Below are positions 55,992-59,526 of a DNA stretch of 59,526 bases, piece by piece (within the stretch, counting starts at the first letter, position 1; the number at the start of each line of letters is the position of its first letter). Both the position numbers and the translations under genes were made by a program. The DNA comes from a virus (taxonomy: Duplodnaviria > Caudoviricetes). Location of the stretch: positions 1-59,526 of IMG/VR virus record IMGVR_UViG_3300025168_000093. The stretch is one strand, 5' to 3'. The notes under the pieces are model-generated. The model made no database searches and was not told the origin of the DNA. It was given only the letters and a program-made list of their open reading frames with translations.

Positions 55992-58900
55992 ATGACAGAA
56001 AGAGATTTTAAAGTAAAAGCAGGATTGAAGATAGAAGGCGGAAGCATAGACTTCTCTAACGCACAACATGCTACCATTGATATGGATGCAGTTACCACCA
56101 CCAACGGTGCAGGTAAAGATATCTCAATTAAGGGTGGTCTAGGAAATGGCACAGGCACAGGCGGAAAAATAGTCCTTCATACAGGAGGGGCTGCTACAGG
56201 TAGCGGCGGTGGGGCTACTAGCCACGTACAAGCACTTACAATTCAACCCGGTGGTGATGTACACATAGGTACAAACGGTCTTAACGCTACTGTAACTAGC
56301 ACAGGTTCATCAATTAACTCCACGATTATAGGCGACCATTCACAAGCGGCTGGTTACTTTACAACTCTTGATGCTACTGGTTCATTTGAAGCGCGAGCCA
56401 CAGGTTCTGCAATTAGAACAGCCGGAAAACTATGCGTAAATGAGCCGGATGTAGACACTTCAACCATACCCGCTAGAACCCAAGTCGCAATATATGGAAA
56501 GTCATTAGGGCAAGGAGGAACTATGTCTGATGGTTCAACCACAGTTGCGGCCACCGATATTAAAGATTATGTTGAGTTGTTACTCCAAACAGATGCACCG
56601 GAAGGCGATTTAGATGGTTATGTAGCCAATTATGTAGGAAACGCCGTTGTGTTAGACAATGTAGAAAACATACCAACAACCGGACAAGGCACAATTTACT
56701 CAGTCGGTGCTGGTAACTTAGGTGATTCTTGGGGAGTAGGAAGAGCAGGTGGTACTGGTGGAGGTAGTTTCCAAATAGGTTACAAAAACCAATCTTGGGT
56801 AAAAAGCCACGCAACTACAGGAAACGTTATGATGCCAGCGCAATCTATGTTAGACATAGATACATCAGGAAATATGACGTTGAATAGTAATGGCGCTTAT
56901 TTCGCATTTACAGGTGCGACTAGTGGTGCTGCTTCTAGAGAAATCAGATTCAAAGCATCAAGTAATGCCATTCATGCAGACAACACAGGTTCTCAAACGT
57001 ATACTCTACCGACAGATTTTCCCGATGGTAATAATTATATTTTGAACTCTTCAACCACAGGTACACTTACTTGGGCTGCATCTGCTTCAGGTGCAGACGG
57101 AATGGGAAGCGGGTTTACTGTATCAGCAACAACTGATTCAAACGCAACAACCATTACTCAAGGTGATGATTTATTCTTTGCCGCAACAGGTGGTCTTACT
57201 GCAACAACAACAGCAGATGGAACTGTAACTCATGCTTTGGACATTAAAGGACTCTCAACAACGGCATTAAGTAGTTCTGCATTTTTAGGTACAGATTCAA
57301 TCGCTTTTGTTGATGATAGTACGACCGGCAAACCGACTAGAAAAGGAACTATTACTGAGTTAAGCACTCTTCTTGCTGGTACAGGTCTTGACCAAAGTCA
57401 CGGCGTAATCAGTTTAGACTTAGACGGTTTAACCGACATAGGTGAGGCTTTAGTCGGTGCTGATTTAATCATTGTAGACGACGGTGCAGGTGGTACTACC
57501 AAGAAAGCAACATTAACTCGTTTAGGTGCATTACTCGCAGGTGGAAACATTTCAGCAGACACAGGTGTGTTATCGGTTGCAACAGCATCGGCAACGGTAG
57601 CAGGTATAGTAGAATTAGCGACAACGGCTGAGACAACAACAGGGACAGATGGCGCAAGAGCAGTAACGCCTGACGGTCTCAAAGACGGATATCAAGGTTC
57701 TACGAATGTAGTTACTCTAGGTGCAATAACATCCGGCACATGGACCGGAACTGCGATTGCTTCTGCTTATCTTGATGTAGACACAGCGCATTTGGGCGAA
57801 ACACAAACATTCTCAGGCGCTAAGACATTCTCAGCATCAGTAGACATGAATGCTGGTGCTACAATAGACGGTGCTACAATTTCTCTTGACGCTACTGCTT
57901 CTCTAAATATAGACAACTCCAACACTACAAATGGTATATCAATTGGTACTGCTACAAGCGGCGTACCTGTCTCAATAGGACACGGAACTTCAGAAGTTAC
58001 ATTCGGAGATAACGTGACTATCACAGGTAATTTGACCGTAAACGGCGACCAAACTGTAATTAACACTACGGCAATTGTTGCTGAAGATAAATCAATGGTT
58101 CTTGGAATTGCTGGTGGTATGGAAGATGCTACATATACAAGAAGCGGTACAACGGTTACTGTAACTTCTCTATCGCATGGTTTAAGTAATTCTGAATACG
58201 TTTACATTTCTAACGCCGGTAATAGTATTACAGACAATGTGTATGAACTCCAATCTGTTGCCGATGTAAACACATTCACTTTTACTTCGCCTGTCAGCGG
58301 CACTGTTGGTTCTGCTACTGATTTACAACATTCTTCTGCTGATGTCACGGAAGGTACTGCTGATGGTGCAGGAATATTTGCGCCCGGAACTTCTCTACAC
58401 AGCATAAAATATGATTCTAGTAACGGCTGGACTGTTGGCACAGCCGCTATTGGTGATGATTTAGATATAGCATCGGGTCATTTGAGTTTTGCTGGTACGA
58501 CTACTCTAACCGCAACAGCATTAGGAAGCAATGTAGCAAGTTCAAATTTAACTAGTGTAGGTACTCTAACCACATTAACAGTGGACAATGTAATTATCAA
58601 CGGTACTACAATCGGTCATACAAGCGACACAGATTTGATAACCCTTGGAAGCACAGCAGTTACTCTTGCTAACAATGTTAATTTTAATGTCGCTAAGGCT
58701 GGTGGTCTACAAATAGCAGGCACTCCTGTGACATCAACAGCGACTGAGTTAAATCTAGTAGATGGATGTAGCGCTGGTGCAATAGTAGATAGTAAGGCTG
58801 CTATTACAAGTAGCGCAGGTCAAGTTAATGGTACTACTCTAGGTGTCAATAGCGTATCAGTTTTGGCAGTCAATTCTAGTGACAGCGCTGCTTCTTCTAG

Positions 58901-59210
58901 TGGTGCGGCAATAACTGTTTTCAGTATGGATAAAACGCTATATCGTGCTGCTAAGATAGTTCTCTCAGTTGAGTTGCTAACAACAGGTGCTGCTGCTGCT
59001 TCAAAATACGAAATGATGGAAATATTAGTACATTATGACGGTAGTGCAGGGCATCATACAACATACGCTCACATGAGTACCAATGCAACAGACTTAGCAG
59101 CAATTACTACTTCTGTGAGTGGTGACAATGTATTGGTAAAATATGACCCGGTGGGTACAGATACAGATAATTTCAAATTCCGAGTAGCAGCAACGCAACT
59201 CGTATTATGA
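55992..59210 (+). CDS. Tail fibre protein 2
   Basis: 1072 aa; N-terminal MTERDFKVKAGL; ATATVAGIVELAT-like fibre repeat; GNLTVNG motif; C-terminal YRAAKIVLSV...EILVHYDG domain. Confidence 0.75.
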   Translation: MTERDFKVKAGLKIEGGSIDFSNAQHATIDMDAVTTTNGAGKDISIKGGLGNGTGTGGKIVLHTGGAATGSGGGATSHVQALTIQPGGDVHIGTNGLNATVTSTGSSINSTIIGDHSQAAGYFTTLDATGSFEARATGSAIRTAGKLCVNEPDVDTSTIPARTQVAIYGKSLGQGGTMSDGSTTVAATDIKDYVELLLQTDAPEGDLDGYVANYVGNAVVLDNVENIPTTGQGTIYSVGAGNLGDSWGVGRAGGTGGGSFQIGYKNQSWVKSHATTGNVMMPAQSMLDIDTSGNMTLNSNGAYFAFTGATSGAASREIRFKASSNAIHADNTGSQTYTLPTDFPDGNNYILNSSTTGTLTWAASASGADGMGSGFTVSATTDSNATTITQGDDLFFAATGGLTATTTADGTVTHALDIKGLSTTALSSSAFLGTDSIAFVDDSTTGKPTRKGTITELSTLLAGTGLDQSHGVISLDLDGLTDIGEALVGADLIIVDDGAGGTTKKATLTRLGALLAGGNISADTGVLSVATASATVAGIVELATTAETTTGTDGARAVTPDGLKDGYQGSTNVVTLGAITSGTWTGTAIASAYLDVDTAHLGETQTFSGAKTFSASVDMNAGATIDGATISLDATASLNIDNSNTTNGISIGTATSGVPVSIGHGTSEVTFGDNVTITGNLTVNGDQTVINTTAIVAEDKSMVLGIAGGMEDATYTRSGTTVTVTSLSHGLSNSEYVYISNAGNSITDNVYELQSVADVNTFTFTSPVSGTVGSATDLQHSSADVTEGTADGAGIFAPGTSLHSIKYDSSNGWTVGTAAIGDDLDIASGHLSFAGTTTLTATALGSNVASSNLTSVGTLTTLTVDNVIINGTTIGHTSDTDLITLGSTAVTLANNVNFNVAKAGGLQIAGTPVTSTATELNLVDGCSAGAIVDSKAAITSSAGQVNGTTLGVNSVSVLAVNSSDSAASSSGAAITVFSMDKTLYRAAKIVLSVELLTTGAAAASKYEMMEILVHYDGSAGHHTTYAHMSTNATDLAAITTSVSGDNVLVKYDPVGTDTDNFKFRVAATQLVL

Positions 59211-59237
59211 TGGATAGTGAAATCATGGTGATTAATT

Positions 59238-59526
59238 TTGACAGAAAGAGATTTTAAAATAAAAAAGGGCTTAATAGTAACCGAAGATATTGAACTCGGT
59301 CACGCTTCTGACACCACAATTGCGAGAGCAAGTGCTGGACAAATAACAGTAGAAGGCACAGCAGTAGTTCTCGCAGGTGGCGCAAATCACGATGGCTTTT
59401 CTGATTATGTGGCTAATGAACACATAGATTGGACTGGTGACCGTGGAACCACTAACATTCATGTCAACAACGTACCTGCGGCTGGTTCGGCTACTAGTGC
59501 GGGTACGGTTGGTGTAACCCCAAATA
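59238..59526 (+). CDS. Tail fibre protein 3 (3'-truncated; not in the ORF track)
   Basis: TTG59238 after GGTGA; translates MTERDFKIKKGLIVTEDIELGHASDTTIARASAG..., with an N-terminus paralogous to fibre 2; open to the window end. Confidence 0.75.
   Translation, partial: MTERDFKIKKGLIVTEDIELGHASDTTIARASAGQITVEGTAVVLAGGANHDGFSDYVANEHIDWTGDRGTTNIHVNNVPAAGSATSAGTVGVTPN

Noticed and set aside
289-59462. Numerous minus-strand ORFs and short alternate-frame plus-strand ORFs in the track
   Set aside because: Nearly all lie antisense to or nested within long, coupled plus-strand genes with RBSs, and have no recognisable motifs; they are treated as shadow ORFs.
35077-59526. Diversity-generating retroelement acting on tail or fibre genes
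   Set aside because: No reverse transcriptase and no near-identical TR/VR pair differing only at adenines were seen in the window; the repeats found are protein-level paralogies.
1-59526. tRNA, rRNA, integrase or alternative genetic code
   Set aside because: Intergenic gaps are too short or AT-rich for structured RNAs, no recombinase motifs were seen, and long ORFs are intact under the standard code with all three stop codons used.

Overview
The window is a contiguous, gene-dense, entirely plus-strand morphogenesis region of a tailed dsDNA virus with an HK97-fold head and an apparently non-contractile tail. GGTGA/GAGGTGA ribosome-binding sites, TATA-like boxes about 25 nt upstream of apparently leaderless GTG/ATG starts, and the style and order of the terminase, portal, protease and capsid genes point to an archaeal (euryarchaeal) virus. 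It most resembles the magroviruses of Marine Group II Poseidoniales; this is inference, as no search was run. Gene order: (i) a membrane module at 0.45-4.2 kb with an EF-hand-loop membrane protein, an Arf/Sar1-like small GTPase, an AbrB-like regulator, a Cys/His Gln-rich protein and small TM proteins; (ii) a putative small terminase, low-complexity head-associated proteins, the large terminase, a LAGLIDADG protein, a Zn-ribbon-bearing portal, small head proteins, a ~1800-aa protein ending in a catalytically degenerate DNA-ligase fold, the prohead protease-scaffold and the major capsid protein; (iii) decoration and neck proteins, tail tube, SAP protein, chaperones, a very short tape-measure-like protein, a ~5500-aa LamG-tipped giant tail protein, a hub and a series of fibre genes. 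The main candidate new systems are: a virus-encoded Arf-like GTPase membrane module (possibly for egress or membrane remodelling); a recurrent hydrophobic-x-K|[S/A/G] motif suggesting protease-processed head cargo, including a pseudo-ligase; and fibres that may be daisy-chained through a shared N-terminal peptide and C-terminal domain. No tRNA, rRNA, CRISPR array, integrase or reverse transcriptase was seen.
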